From positions 17,529 through 81,528 of the forward strand of contig JAFQEG010000030.1 of assembly GCA_017399145.1 (NCBI GenBank): DNA of 64,000 nucleotides. Direction: 5' to 3'. The position numbers and the translations under genes are program-made. Shown in pieces: positions 8,512 through 17,551 of the stretch; the stretch's first letter is position 1, and each line of letters opens with the position of its first letter. Below the pieces are notes generated by a model. The model saw nothing but the letters and a program-made list of their open reading frames with translations, had not been told where the DNA came from and ran no database searches. The stretch is from Clostridia bacterium (lineage in GTDB: Bacteria > Bacillota > Clostridia > Oscillospirales > CAG-272).

Positions 8512-9551
8512 AGTGCCTCCTTTGACGTAGCGATAAGTGTAAATGCCCTAGATAGTGTTTTTATGTCGTCAAGCTTTACAACCTCGCTAGGTGTGTGCAT
8601 TGCCTTTAGTGGTAGGCTTAATACTGCTGTCCTTATTCCCTGTCCACTAATTGATACTGCGTCGTTGTTTGTGCCTGTTCTTCCCGGCTCACAAATAATT
8701 TGGAAGTCAAGGTCGTTGTCCTTGAATAGCTTGATTAGGTTTTTAGTTAGCTTTCTGTTGCAAAGTGATGAAATATCAACGCTTGGTCCCTTGCCACATT
8801 CGATTGACTCGTCGTCTGCTACACCCTTTTGCTTTGCAAAGTTTACGTCTGTTATGATTGCTACGTCTGGGTCTAGGTCAAAGGCAACACGGGCAGGACC
8901 CCATTTTCCTGTTTCCTCTTGGGCTGACAAAACACCATATACGTTGTATTCAAGGTCTTTTTTGTCAACGCTTGTTATAAAGTCAAGGATTGCACAAGCG
9001 CATGATTTGTCGTCAAGTCCTGTTGCGCTAACATAGTTATTTAAAAGTGGTGTGTACATTGGTGAAAAGGAAATGGTATCACCTATGGAAACGATTTCTT
9101 CAAGCTTTTCCTTAGAATAGCCTGTGTCAACCATTAAATCCTCAACGTCGGGCACTGATGACTCACCCTTGCGAAGGTGGGGCGGGGTTGAGGTGATAAC
9201 GCCGAAGATTCTTTCCTTACCATTTATATAAACGTGGGTTGCAGGTAAAACTCTTGTGTCGATTCCACCTACTGAAGCAACTTTTAAAAAGCCTCCGTCG
9301 CAAACGTCGGTAACCATAAAGCCGATTACGTCAAGGTGGGCATCTAGCATAAGGGTAGGTGCGTTTTCCTTGATTGATTTTTTAACTAGGATTAGGTTGC
9401 CAAAGCTATCGTTTTTTATTTCGTCAAGGCTATTTTTTTCTTCCTCTGTTAAGGTATTTAGTATTTGGTCAAAATACAGGGACTCGTGTCCTGAAACAGT
9501 AGGAATTTTGCAAAGTGCTTCTAGCCTTTGTTTAATTTTTTCCATATCCAT
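8508..9551 (-). CDS. M42 family metallopeptidase, paralog 3 (more divergent)
   Basis: HLDVIGF, DDKSCACA, QEETGKWG. The stop overlaps the start of paralog 2. Confidence 0.8.
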   Translation of the reverse strand: MDMEKIKQRLEALCKIPTVSGHESLYFDQILNTLTEEEKNSLDEIKNDSFGNLILVKKSIKENAPTLMLDAHLDVIGFMVTDVCDGGFLKVASVGGIDTRVLPATHVYINGKERIFGVITSTPPHLRKGESSVPDVEDLMVDTGYSKEKLEEIVSIGDTISFSPMYTPLLNNYVSATGLDDKSCACAILDFITSVDKKDLEYNVYGVLSAQEETGKWGPARVAFDLDPDVAIITDVNFAKQKGVADDESIECGKGPSVDISSLCNRKLTKNLIKLFKDNDLDFQIICEPGRTGTNNDAVSISGQGIRTAVLSLPLKAMHTPSEVVKLDDIKTLSRAFTLIATSKEAL

Positions 9552-9559
9552 ATCCTTTC

Positions 9560-10828
9560 TTATTTTAGGGTATTTATTGCTTTTCTGTATGCTTTTGATT
9601 TCTCATAGTAGTTTTCAAACATATCAAAGCTAGCCGAGGCAGGGGACAAAATTACTGTGCCTCTTGGTTTTGCTAGACTGTGGGCAACATTTGTTGCCTC
9701 CTCTAGGGTGGTTGTAAAAATTGGGTTTTTGCAATTTATTGAATTATAGATTTTTTCACTATTTTCGCCACACAAGACTATTCCCTTAGCTTGTGATAGT
9801 GTTTTTTCTAAGATCGTGTAGTCAAGATTTTTGTCGTAGCCACCTAGGATTACGACTGTGCTTTCTAAGTCAAGGGCGCTAAGGGTTGCGTTGGTGCGTG
9901 AGGGGGTTGAGTCAATTGATGAATCAATAAAGGTAACGTCCTTTATTTTGTCAACTACCTCCATACGGTGGGCAACGCCAGAAAAGGTACGTGCCACCTC
10001 TCTTATTTTGTCAAGGGGCACAAGTGGGTAGGTGGTGGCAATGGCGCATAGGTAGTTAAGTAGGTTAAATTTGCCTCTTAGCTTTATTTCGCTTGCCTCA
10101 AGAAGGGGATTTCCGTTGAATACGATTTTTCCGTTTTCCACGTATATGTAGCTTGAATTTGGCTTAAAACAGCTTGGCTTATGGCTAGAAAAATAGATAA
10201 TTTCCTTGTTTGTGAATCTGCGATTTTCGTACATATCAAGGCTAAGGACTAGCCTTTTGGAATTTACTAGAATATTTTCCTTTGCGCTTATGTATTCCCT
10301 CATATTCTTGTGCCAATCAAGGTGGTTTTGAGTAATGCCTGTTATTATGGCTGTATCAAGTGGGGGTCTTATGTCGAATAGCTGAAAGCTAGATAGCTCG
10401 CACACGCAAAGGTGGTCACTTTGCATTTTATCAAGGTAGCTAATAAGGGGCGTGCCGATATTTCCACCTAGGTAGACTTGGGTTTCGCCCTTAAGTATTT
10501 CGTAAATTATGGTCGAGGTGGTGGTTTTACCATCGGAGCCTGTAATTCCTATTTTGTATGCGGGTGTTTTTTCTAAAAGGTAGCCAATTTCTGTGTAGAT
10601 TTTGCCCTTTGCTTTGATTTTATCGGGGCGGACTACGGGGGAGCGAAAGATTATGTCCTCGCTAGTGTGTAGGTAGTCCTTGCCTATTATTGCTTTTGCA
10701 TCATTTGGAAGATTAATATTGCTTGGGACACGAATAACCGGATCAATGCCCTTGCTTTTTAGGTAAGCATATACTGCTTGGTTTGATTTACCGAAGCCTA
10801 TTAAGGCAACTGATTGATTGCTTTCCAT
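9560..10828 (-). CDS. murD: UDP-N-acetylmuramoyl-L-alanine--D-glutamate ligase
   Basis: Mur ligase P-loop GITGSDGKTTT, 422 aa, adjacent to ddl. Confidence 0.9.
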   Translation of the reverse strand: MESNQSVALIGFGKSNQAVYAYLKSKGIDPVIRVPSNINLPNDAKAIIGKDYLHTSEDIIFRSPVVRPDKIKAKGKIYTEIGYLLEKTPAYKIGITGSDGKTTTSTIIYEILKGETQVYLGGNIGTPLISYLDKMQSDHLCVCELSSFQLFDIRPPLDTAIITGITQNHLDWHKNMREYISAKENILVNSKRLVLSLDMYENRRFTNKEIIYFSSHKPSCFKPNSSYIYVENGKIVFNGNPLLEASEIKLRGKFNLLNYLCAIATTYPLVPLDKIREVARTFSGVAHRMEVVDKIKDVTFIDSSIDSTPSRTNATLSALDLESTVVILGGYDKNLDYTILEKTLSQAKGIVLCGENSEKIYNSINCKNPIFTTTLEEATNVAHSLAKPRGTVILSPASASFDMFENYYEKSKAYRKAINTLK

Positions 10829-10888
10829 AAATAGCCTTTCATATTATTATATAACAATAAATTATTTATTTCAATAATTATTATAAAA

Positions 10889-11920
10889 TTAGTTAGGTTT
10901 TTCTAATAAAATATCAAGCATTTTTGCAAAGGGAATTCCCTTGCTATTAAGTAGCATTGGGTACATGCTAATATCGGTCATGCCTGGTAAGGTATTTACC
11001 TCGTTGAATATTATTTTATTTTCCCTGGTTATGAAAAAGTCTAGTCGTGACAAATCCTTAAGACCTAGGGCAAAAAATAGCTTTTTGCTACACTCCTTCA
11101 AGGATTTTTCTGTTTTTTCGTCAATTTTTGAGGGAATTTGATACTTGGTATTTTGGTTTTTGTATTTTTCCTCGTAAGTATAAAAGCTTTCCTTGTAGCT
11201 TAGCTGACCTGACTCAATTGCTATTATTTGGTGGTCCTTTTCTAAAATTGCAACCTCGGTTTCCACCCCGTTTATGTATTCCTCAACAAGGGCACTCTTA
11301 GAATAGCTAAGTGCCTTTTCTAATGCGTTTTCTAGGTCTTCTCTTTTTTCTACTCTTGTAACACCTACTGATGAGCCTTGACAAGTGGGCTTTACAAACA
11401 CAGGGTAGGATATTTTTTCAATTTCGTTTTGAATTTCCTTTGATTGATAGTTATCGCATGTTACCAAAACGTCCCTTGCCACCCTTATGTCGAGTGCTTT
11501 TGCAAATTGCTTTGTTAGGTGCTTATTCATACAAACTCCACTAGCTTGTGGGTCTGGTCCTACGTAGTCGATTTTGGCAAGGTCAAGACAGGACTGTATT
11601 CGTCCGTCCTCGGCGTTTTCTCCGTGCATTACGATTAATGTGTTGTAGGGCTTTATTTTTCTTTTGTCGCTTGAAATAAATACACCAGAATTAAAATCAA
11701 TTGTTATTTCCTGCAGGGGGGAATCGTGCCAAGTGTCCTTTAGGATTTTTTCATTATCGCCCTCGTATAAATACCACTTACCCTTTTTTGTTATGCCTAT
11801 TTTTACAATTTGATATTTGTCCTTATCTAGTGCGTTTAAAACACTATAAGCTGACCTTAATGATACCTGATACTCACTGCTTTCGCCACCGAAAATTACG
11901 CAAATTAGTCTTTTATCCAT
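10889..11920 (-). CDS. ddl: D-alanine--D-alanine ligase
   Basis: N-terminus VIFGGESSEYQVSLRSA, ATP-grasp C-terminus EVNTLPGMT, 343 aa. Confidence 0.9.
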   Translation of the reverse strand: MDKRLICVIFGGESSEYQVSLRSAYSVLNALDKDKYQIVKIGITKKGKWYLYEGDNEKILKDTWHDSPLQEITIDFNSGVFISSDKRKIKPYNTLIVMHGENAEDGRIQSCLDLAKIDYVGPDPQASGVCMNKHLTKQFAKALDIRVARDVLVTCDNYQSKEIQNEIEKISYPVFVKPTCQGSSVGVTRVEKREDLENALEKALSYSKSALVEEYINGVETEVAILEKDHQIIAIESGQLSYKESFYTYEEKYKNQNTKYQIPSKIDEKTEKSLKECSKKLFFALGLKDLSRLDFFITRENKIIFNEVNTLPGMTDISMYPMLLNSKGIPFAKMLDILLEKPN

Positions 11921-12052
11921 TATGTACCTGCCTTTCTTCTAATATTATATGCAAGGCTGTTTGTTGGGTCAAAGACAGTTAAATTTCACAAATAACGGTA
12001 GATAAACAAAAAAGGACAGGAGCAAGTCATGTCTTTCGCTTATGGCGCAACA

Positions 12053-12292
12053 CTTATCACAGTGATATTCTGCGAAACAAGTTAAAATCAACGGTTTACC
12101 GTTGTATATCATCAATTTGAAAATTTGTATATCACCAATTTTGAAAAAATTGCATATCATCAAGTCGCGGGAAAAATACACGCTGGTGCGTGATGAGATA
12201 CGCCAAGGCGATGATATGCAACCTGCGGTTGATGATATACCAAGTCTGCGACTTGGATAAAAAGAAAACCTAATCCAAGTTCGGATTAGGTT
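12053..12292. repeat. mini-hairpin/linker array A (linker GATGATATAC family), compound palindrome
   Basis: Minus-sense linkers are GTATATCATCA 12104-12114, GTATATCACCA 12127-12137 and GCATATCATCA 12152-12162. Plus-sense linkers are GATGAGATAC 12192-12201, GATGATATGC 12210-12219 and GATGATATAC 12231-12240. Short hairpins lie between them: AACGGtttaCCGTT, ACGCtggtGCGT, GCCaaGGC, AACCtgcGGTT, CAAGTctgcgACTTG and AAACCTAATCCaagttcGGATTAGGTTT. Confidence 0.8.
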
Positions 12293-12355
12293 TCTTTTGG
12301 CGCACCTGATTTGCAACAGGTTGCAAAGACATTTCGAATTCACGACGGGCGATAT

Positions 12356-12392
12356 ACAAAAAAAGACAGGTTTTTACCTGTCTTTTTTTGTA
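12356..12392 (-). terminator. terminator of tRNA-Arg
   Basis: AAAAAAAGACAGG-ttttta-CCTGTCTTTTTTT immediately 3' of the tRNA on the minus strand. Confidence 0.8.
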
Positions 12393-12394
12393 TA

Positions 12395-12470
12395 TGGCGC
12401 GCCCGGCAGGATTCGAACCTGCGACCTACCGGTTCGTAGCCGGGCACTCTATCCGCTGAGCTACGGGCGC
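12395..12470 (-). tRNA. tRNA-Arg (anticodon ACG), CCA encoded
   Basis: The reverse complement GCGCCCGTAGCTCAGCGGATAGAGTGCCCGGCTACGAACCGGTAGGTCGCAGGTTCGAATCCTGCCGGGCGCGCCA folds as a 76-nt cloverleaf. Acceptor is GCGCCCG/CGGGCGC, anticodon loop CTACGAA, T-loop TTCGAAT. Confidence 0.9.
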
Positions 12471-12491
12471 ATACCATTTGAGTGCTTAAAT

Positions 12492-12520
12492 ATATTAACA
12501 CACATTTATTGAAATGTCAA
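12492..12520 (-). promoter_or_regulatory. promoter of tRNA-Arg
   Basis: On the minus strand: TTGACA (12520-12515), 17-nt spacer, TAATAT (12497-12492), about 20 nt upstream of the tRNA 5' end. Confidence 0.7.
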
Positions 12521-12555
12521 TAGCTTTAAGAAAAAAACTTTTTTCTTATATAATA

Positions 12556-12589
12556 ATAAAAAGTAGCCAATTGCTTGGCTACTTTTTTG
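12556..12589 (-). terminator. terminator after the 1185-aa lipoprotein gene (bidirectional shape)
   Basis: AGTAGCCAA-ttgc-TTGGCTACT (12562-12583) flanked by an A-run and a T-run. Confidence 0.7.
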
Positions 12590-12591
12590 TT

Positions 12592-15500
12592 TTATTCAGT
12601 TATGCCGTTGATTACGATTTCGCCACCGTCCGGAATTGCGTCGATGCAGAGGTACTTATTATACGTGCCTGCTTCCTCGTCAATCAATTCGTTGATGATT
12701 GTACAGGTTACAACTGTCATGTCGTCCTTGTACGCCTCGTTTGTTACAAGTGGGATTTCCTTACCATTTTGGGTAGCTGTAACTGATGTCCAGCTATCTG
12801 GAATGTCAACCTTGATTGTTAGTGCTTGGTTGAAGATAAAGTCGTCCATTTCGTCTGTTAGGCTAAGCTTAATTTGACTATCTGTCATCTCGGTTACGTT
12901 AACGCTTGAGGATAGATATTCCTTACCGTAAAGTGTTACCTGATGGAATGAGCCAACCCAGAAGCCTGCCTTCTTTAGATGCTCGAACTTAGAAATTGTT
13001 GCTGGGTAAGTAACGGAAATTGTTGGTCCCTCGATTTCGTGGAGACATTCAATCGTCCAAGAGCCGTTTTCTACAAGATAGTTGATGTACTTCTCGTAGG
13101 AGCCAAGAGTAACATGAAGTAGCTTGTAGCCTGAATCGTCGCCCTCGGTGTAAACAAGAGTACCACCCTGGTCAACATAGGAGCCGACGGTCTTCCATTC
13201 GAACTTATAGTTAGCCTCGTCGTAGTAGTATGTGCCTACCTCTTCGGAAAGCTCCATCATATTTGTTGCTGGATTGAATACGTAGTTTTGAACAACAAGA
13301 TCATCCAAAACAGACTTTTGGTAAATCTTTACGCCTGTAAGTGTCTTGATTACAATATGATTATTGTCGTAAACTCTGTTTTCGCCATTGTCGGCAGTTA
13401 CGCCCTCTTCAACGAGAATTTCAAAGCCACCGTTTGATAGTACGTTTGCACCCTCAATCCACTCAGTCCACTCTGAGCTGTAAACAGGGTTACCCTTATC
13501 GTTTACGCCTGTTTGTACCTTACCAAATGAGCCACTTGTGTTGATTGCGCCTGCGTATTTTACATCGCTTAAGATTTTACCATCCTTAACGAATACGTAG
13601 AAGCCCTCTGTTTGGTCGGACTTAGAAACGTAGGTGTTTAGGTCTCCCCAATGCTTACGCTCGGTTAGGTTATCCATTATGTTATCGTATACCTGAGCAT
13701 CACCGTGTCGGCCTGCTGCCATAATGCCTGCAAAGAACTTTGCGCAAGGCTCAGAGGTTGTACCACCTGGAGTTGCAAAGGTCATTACCATTTGACCCTT
13801 GAAGTTGTTCATAAACCAGTAGTTTGCTCCGTTAACCTCATTAAGTAGCTGATTTTCGTTTGCTGCGCCTGAGTAAATGTAGGTGTGGTTATATGAGTGT
13901 GAGCCAAGGTCGAATGCGCCACTTGCGAAGTAGCCCTTCCATTCCTCAACAAGTCCTGACATATAACAAATTGAAAGAACTGCTGTTGCCTTATACTTGT
14001 ATTCCAAAAGCTTTGGCACTGCCCATTCGTAGGTACCAAGGTAGTTACCATCGTCGAAGGTCATAGCCCAAGCAGAGACTGCATTGTGGTAGTATGGTGT
14101 TACTACTGGATTTTCTAGTGTTTCGTGATAGTTAAAGGTTTTCTTTGTACCACAGATACAAGAGGTTTCCTTAACTCCTAGTGTTGTTTCTGTTGCTGCG
14201 GTTACTACGGTAGGAACGCTCCAGTTATGATTCAAAACGTCTGTTGCATCGGTTTTGATTGTCATTTTACATCTTGTGCATTCCATTAGTGTGTAGCCAA
14301 CCTCGGTACAGGTAGCTGCTACTGCGTCCTTTTCGTTAGCCTTGCCATCGCCATTTCTGTCAACTATTCTGTAATTGTGCTTACAGCCTGTAAATGGCTC
14401 CATTGCAGATGCCTTTGCCTGCTCAACTATGGTAAGTGGAAGAATTTCACATACCTTATAGTCTGCCCAGCTAAGTGCTGCGCCCTTAACCTCGTATTCT
14501 ACAAGCTTGATTTTGCTTGTGGTTACGTTTGTTTCTACAAGGAAGGTACAAATTCTACCAGCCTTGCCGTCCTGTGAGTAGATACCACCCTCAGTACAGG
14601 TGCTTGAGCCAACGTAGAAGTCAAGTTCATCTTTTGTCTTCCATTGCTCGTCTTCCCAGTAGTAAAGTCTGTATTTTTTGCTATCTTGGTTTGCAGTTAC
14701 TGTGAATTGTACTGCTGCAAGATACTTGTTTTCAGAGAAGTCAAGACAAATATATACCTCGTGACCGTCTGATGCGTGCTTTGTATCGGTAAACCAGTGT
14801 GTGCTGTTTGAGCCGTCAATAGCATCAGATGGTGGGTTGCCCCATGAGTTATATACACCAGATGCAGTTACAAGTGAAGAGCCAACTAGTGATACAGGTA
14901 CTCTTTCATTCTTTGGTGCTTCAGCAAGCACTTGAAGCTCGTAAATTGCAGCTGGGCAATATCTTGTTGAGTGAGTTACAACAAGCTTAATTTCCTTTGT
15001 TGTAACAGGTGTTGGTAGTGTAACTAAAACGTTACCGTGTACACCTGATTGTGTAGCAGTCTTATCGCTAAGCTCTCCAACCTTTTGCCATTCGGTGCCA
15101 ATAAGTGCCATAATATCATAGGAAACGTAGCAGTCCTCGCCAACCTCCCATGAGGTGTAGAATGGTACAACTGCACTAATAGCACCAACTACAAATTCCT
15201 GTGCGAAGGAAATTTGCAAGTAGTTGCCTGTCATTTTAGCACCGTCAACTAGTGTGTCGGCACTCCAGTAGGTGGAAACGTTGCCGTCGATTGCAAGCTT
15301 TGGCTCACAAACTGAGTAGAAATTTGTAGCATAAGCACCACCAAATTGAGTGATATTTACAAATGGTGCATTTACATAGTCGCCACCTGTATATTTAAAG
15401 TTGCCTATTTCTAGGTCGTCAAAGCAATCAGGCTCGTCGTTGTAGGTTGCACGAATTACTTCCTCATAAACACCATTACAAACCTGACAGGTACGCTTTT

Positions 15501-16149
15501 CTAGACCTGCTGTGTACTTTGTTGCAGGAGTAACCGTTTCGTACTTGCTCCATTTGTGATCGCCCGTGGCGTTAACCTCGTTTTTTCTATCCTCGTAGGT
15601 ACAGCCCTCACGCTTACAATATTCTCTTGTGTAGCCCTTGTCTCCACAGGTTGGCTGTATAATCTCCTCGGCAAGGTCATGACCTAGCTTTGGCTTAAGC
15701 TCGTAGGTCTCACCTGTACATTTTGTGCAGATATAGTAAATCTTACCGCTATTTTCACAGTCGGGGTAGGTGTTATTTTTTCTTGCGTCCTCAACGTATT
15801 CGTGCTCACATCTAGGAGCACCACCTGTGCCAGTGTCAGCTATCCACCAAGCTGTAAGTGTAACGTCCTTAGTTACTACGTCGTTATCGAAATCCCACTT
15901 CGTATCCTTGGTTCTACCTGAATACCAGCCAGAAACCTTATAGCCATCCTTTGTGGCTGTAGGCATTGGGATTTTTTGTCCTTCCACTACTTGAATTGTG
16001 CTTTCGCTTACCATCGTACCACCATTGCCTGGGTTAAAGGTAACTGTGTACTTTGGTCCACTTGGTCCACCACAGGACGCAAGTGCAACTATGCCACAAA
16101 GGCACAATGCGCAAAGAAGAAGGCAAAGAATTTTATTTCTTAATTTCAT
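12592..16149 (-). CDS. large multidomain surface lipoprotein: Flg_new repeat, Cys-rich modules, two discoidin (F5/8 type C)-like domains, CE4/NodB polysaccharide deacetylase-like domain, C-terminal region of unknown function
   Basis: Lipobox LCGIVALASCGG. Listeria-Bacteroides repeat YTVTFNPGNGG...GYKVSGWY...DVTLTAWW (aa 34-102). Cys modules aa 113-225 and 588-670. AIDGNVSTYWSA (aa 286) and AIDGSNSTHWFT (aa 443). NodB motifs TFDDG (aa 697) and HSYNH (aa 751). Confidence 0.8.
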   Translation of the reverse strand: MKLRNKILCLLLCALCLCGIVALASCGGPSGPKYTVTFNPGNGGTMVSESTIQVVEGQKIPMPTATKDGYKVSGWYSGRTKDTKWDFDNDVVTKDVTLTAWWIADTGTGGAPRCEHEYVEDARKNNTYPDCENSGKIYYICTKCTGETYELKPKLGHDLAEEIIQPTCGDKGYTREYCKREGCTYEDRKNEVNATGDHKWSKYETVTPATKYTAGLEKRTCQVCNGVYEEVIRATYNDEPDCFDDLEIGNFKYTGGDYVNAPFVNITQFGGAYATNFYSVCEPKLAIDGNVSTYWSADTLVDGAKMTGNYLQISFAQEFVVGAISAVVPFYTSWEVGEDCYVSYDIMALIGTEWQKVGELSDKTATQSGVHGNVLVTLPTPVTTKEIKLVVTHSTRYCPAAIYELQVLAEAPKNERVPVSLVGSSLVTASGVYNSWGNPPSDAIDGSNSTHWFTDTKHASDGHEVYICLDFSENKYLAAVQFTVTANQDSKKYRLYYWEDEQWKTKDELDFYVGSSTCTEGGIYSQDGKAGRICTFLVETNVTTSKIKLVEYEVKGAALSWADYKVCEILPLTIVEQAKASAMEPFTGCKHNYRIVDRNGDGKANEKDAVAATCTEVGYTLMECTRCKMTIKTDATDVLNHNWSVPTVVTAATETTLGVKETSCICGTKKTFNYHETLENPVVTPYYHNAVSAWAMTFDDGNYLGTYEWAVPKLLEYKYKATAVLSICYMSGLVEEWKGYFASGAFDLGSHSYNHTYIYSGAANENQLLNEVNGANYWFMNNFKGQMVMTFATPGGTTSEPCAKFFAGIMAAGRHGDAQVYDNIMDNLTERKHWGDLNTYVSKSDQTEGFYVFVKDGKILSDVKYAGAINTSGSFGKVQTGVNDKGNPVYSSEWTEWIEGANVLSNGGFEILVEEGVTADNGENRVYDNNHIVIKTLTGVKIYQKSVLDDLVVQNYVFNPATNMMELSEEVGTYYYDEANYKFEWKTVGSYVDQGGTLVYTEGDDSGYKLLHVTLGSYEKYINYLVENGSWTIECLHEIEGPTISVTYPATISKFEHLKKAGFWVGSFHQVTLYGKEYLSSSVNVTEMTDSQIKLSLTDEMDDFIFNQALTIKVDIPDSWTSVTATQNGKEIPLVTNEAYKDDMTVVTCTIINELIDEEAGTYNKYLCIDAIPDGGEIVINGITE

Positions 16150-16171
16150 TTTGTTCTCCTTACTAAATCAA

Positions 16172-16210
16172 TTATTGAAAATAACCCTCGGGAGATATTT
16201 TTCCCGAGGG
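16172..16210 (-). terminator. intergenic stem-loop / partial terminator between the two lipoprotein genes
   Basis: CCCTCGGG-agatattttt-CCCGAGGG (16185-16210), T-rich on the minus strand afterwards. The RBS AAGGAG of the 1185-aa gene follows. Confidence 0.55.
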
Positions 16211-16229
16211 CTACCGTCAAAATCTAATA

Positions 16230-17453
16230 TTACTCTTCAGGATATTGTGCTAGACGAACCTCTGACCAGTAGCATGTACCATAAGAGGTTGTTTCCATGT
16301 AAATTACAACCTTTGCGATATCAGCACCAACCTCGAATTGGTTAACGTTTGTGCCAGCCTCAACAGAACCGAAGCCACCTCTACCGAAGCCAACCTCTTC
16401 ACCGTCGTAGTCGTACCATGTTACAACGTATGAGGATGAGCCCATACCTGCTACGTAGATAAGGTCAACATATGTAGCCTCTTCAAATACAAGTGTACAT
16501 GTAACAGGCTTTTGGTTACCTGCGATTGCCTTACTTGTCCAGTTGTTGTCGATAAGTGTTGCACCTTGGTCCATACCCCAACCTGCTGCGGAGTCCATTT
16601 GAGGATTGTTCTTACCAAGAGCCTTAAGTGTTACGTCTGTAAACTTTTCAGAAACCTTTTCTGAGCAAACCTTACATACACCAGTTCTTTCCATTGGTGT
16701 GTCTGTGTTCCAAGTGAAGCTATGTCCAAGTGCTGGTGATGTTTCAGTTGTTTCTGTAATACCACAGCCTGGTACACCACATGTACGCTCACGAACCTCA
16801 GGAGTTGTACAAGAAGCCTCAGTCTTAATCTTATAACCACCAGTTGAAGCCCAGTCGTGGTTTTCTGTACCGTCGATACAGTAGTTAATCTTATCCCACT
16901 TTGCTGTTAGCTTAATATCAGCATTGATAATAGATGTTTGTGTGTATTGTACACCCTTGTCGTTGTACCAGCCCTTAAATCTAAAGCCGTCAAGCTCAGC
17001 CTCTGGTGTTTTACCAAGTCTGTCGCCTGCCTCAAGCTCGATTACTGTGGCTGGCTCGTTGCCATCCTCGTCAAGCTTAAGTGATTCGCCTGGGTTAAGG
17101 ATAAGCTCAACTGTAACAAGAGCGCCCTCGCCCTCGTTTCTTTGCCATTGAGCGATAAGGTCCATATCGTACTCAACCTCGAAGGAACGTGTGATCTTTT
17201 CCTCAAGTGTTGTGTCGTCAACGTCGTACCAGCCTAGGAAGGTGTAACCCTTTCTAATAGGTGTTGGAAGCTTACCAATTTTTTCTTCCTCGCCACGATA
17301 GAATTCTGTCTCAACGTCATCATTGAGTGTACCACCATTTGGGTCAAGAGTAACTAGGTATTGTGGACCCTTATTACATGCAACCACCATTGGAAGTAGA
17401 AGTACACATACAAGTACTACGCTAAGAAGCTTAATAAGTGTGTTCTTTTTCAT
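16230..17453 (-). CDS. surface lipoprotein, smaller paralog-type (two Flg_new repeats, Cys-rich module, discoidin-like C-terminus)
   Basis: I chose the ATG at 17453, giving MKKNTLIKLLSVVLVCVLLLPMVVACNKG. Repeats GYTFLGWYD and GFRFKGWYN. Cys module CGVPGCGI...GHSFTW...CKVCSEKV. Confidence 0.75.
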   Translation of the reverse strand: MKKNTLIKLLSVVLVCVLLLPMVVACNKGPQYLVTLDPNGGTLNDDVETEFYRGEEEKIGKLPTPIRKGYTFLGWYDVDDTTLEEKITRSFEVEYDMDLIAQWQRNEGEGALVTVELILNPGESLKLDEDGNEPATVIELEAGDRLGKTPEAELDGFRFKGWYNDKGVQYTQTSIINADIKLTAKWDKINYCIDGTENHDWASTGGYKIKTEASCTTPEVRERTCGVPGCGITETTETSPALGHSFTWNTDTPMERTGVCKVCSEKVSEKFTDVTLKALGKNNPQMDSAAGWGMDQGATLIDNNWTSKAIAGNQKPVTCTLVFEEATYVDLIYVAGMGSSSYVVTWYDYDGEEVGFGRGGFGSVEAGTNVNQFEVGADIAKVVIYMETTSYGTCYWSEVRLAQYPEE

Positions 17454-17522
17454 TTTTGTATTCCTTTCAAATATATTACAAAATATTACAGAGGGGGAGA
17501 ACACCCCCTAACTTGCTCTTTT

Positions 17523-17551
17523 ATTATAGCACTTCTGTTTTTTAAAGTCAA
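17523..17551 (-). promoter_or_regulatory. promoter of the 424-aa lipoprotein gene
   Basis: On the minus strand: TTGACT (17551-17546), 17-nt spacer, TATAAT (17528-17523). Confidence 0.6.

Noticed and set aside
8563-9036. Antisense or alternative-frame ORFs over 100 aa inside larger genes, for example 8563-9036, 4164-4628, 6119-6553, 25231-25584, 27699-28091, 40562-40894 and 51478-51870.
   Set aside because: Each is fully embedded in a longer ORF with clear family motifs. They are typical shadow ORFs without an RBS.
12053-12292. Possible CRISPR array (short repeats alternating with variable sequence); the same applies at 19607-19868.
   Set aside because: The repeats are only 8-11 nt and occur in both orientations within one locus. 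The 'spacers' are 8-28-nt self-complementary hairpins. There is no leader and no cas gene anywhere in the window. This does not fit any CRISPR definition.
11969-12512. Track ORFs 11969-12343 (-) and 12297-12512 (+).
   Set aside because: They run through the hairpin array and the antisense of tRNA-Arg. The peptide GAPGRIRTCDLPVRSRALYPLSYG is simply the tRNA read backwards. There is no RBS and the composition is implausible.
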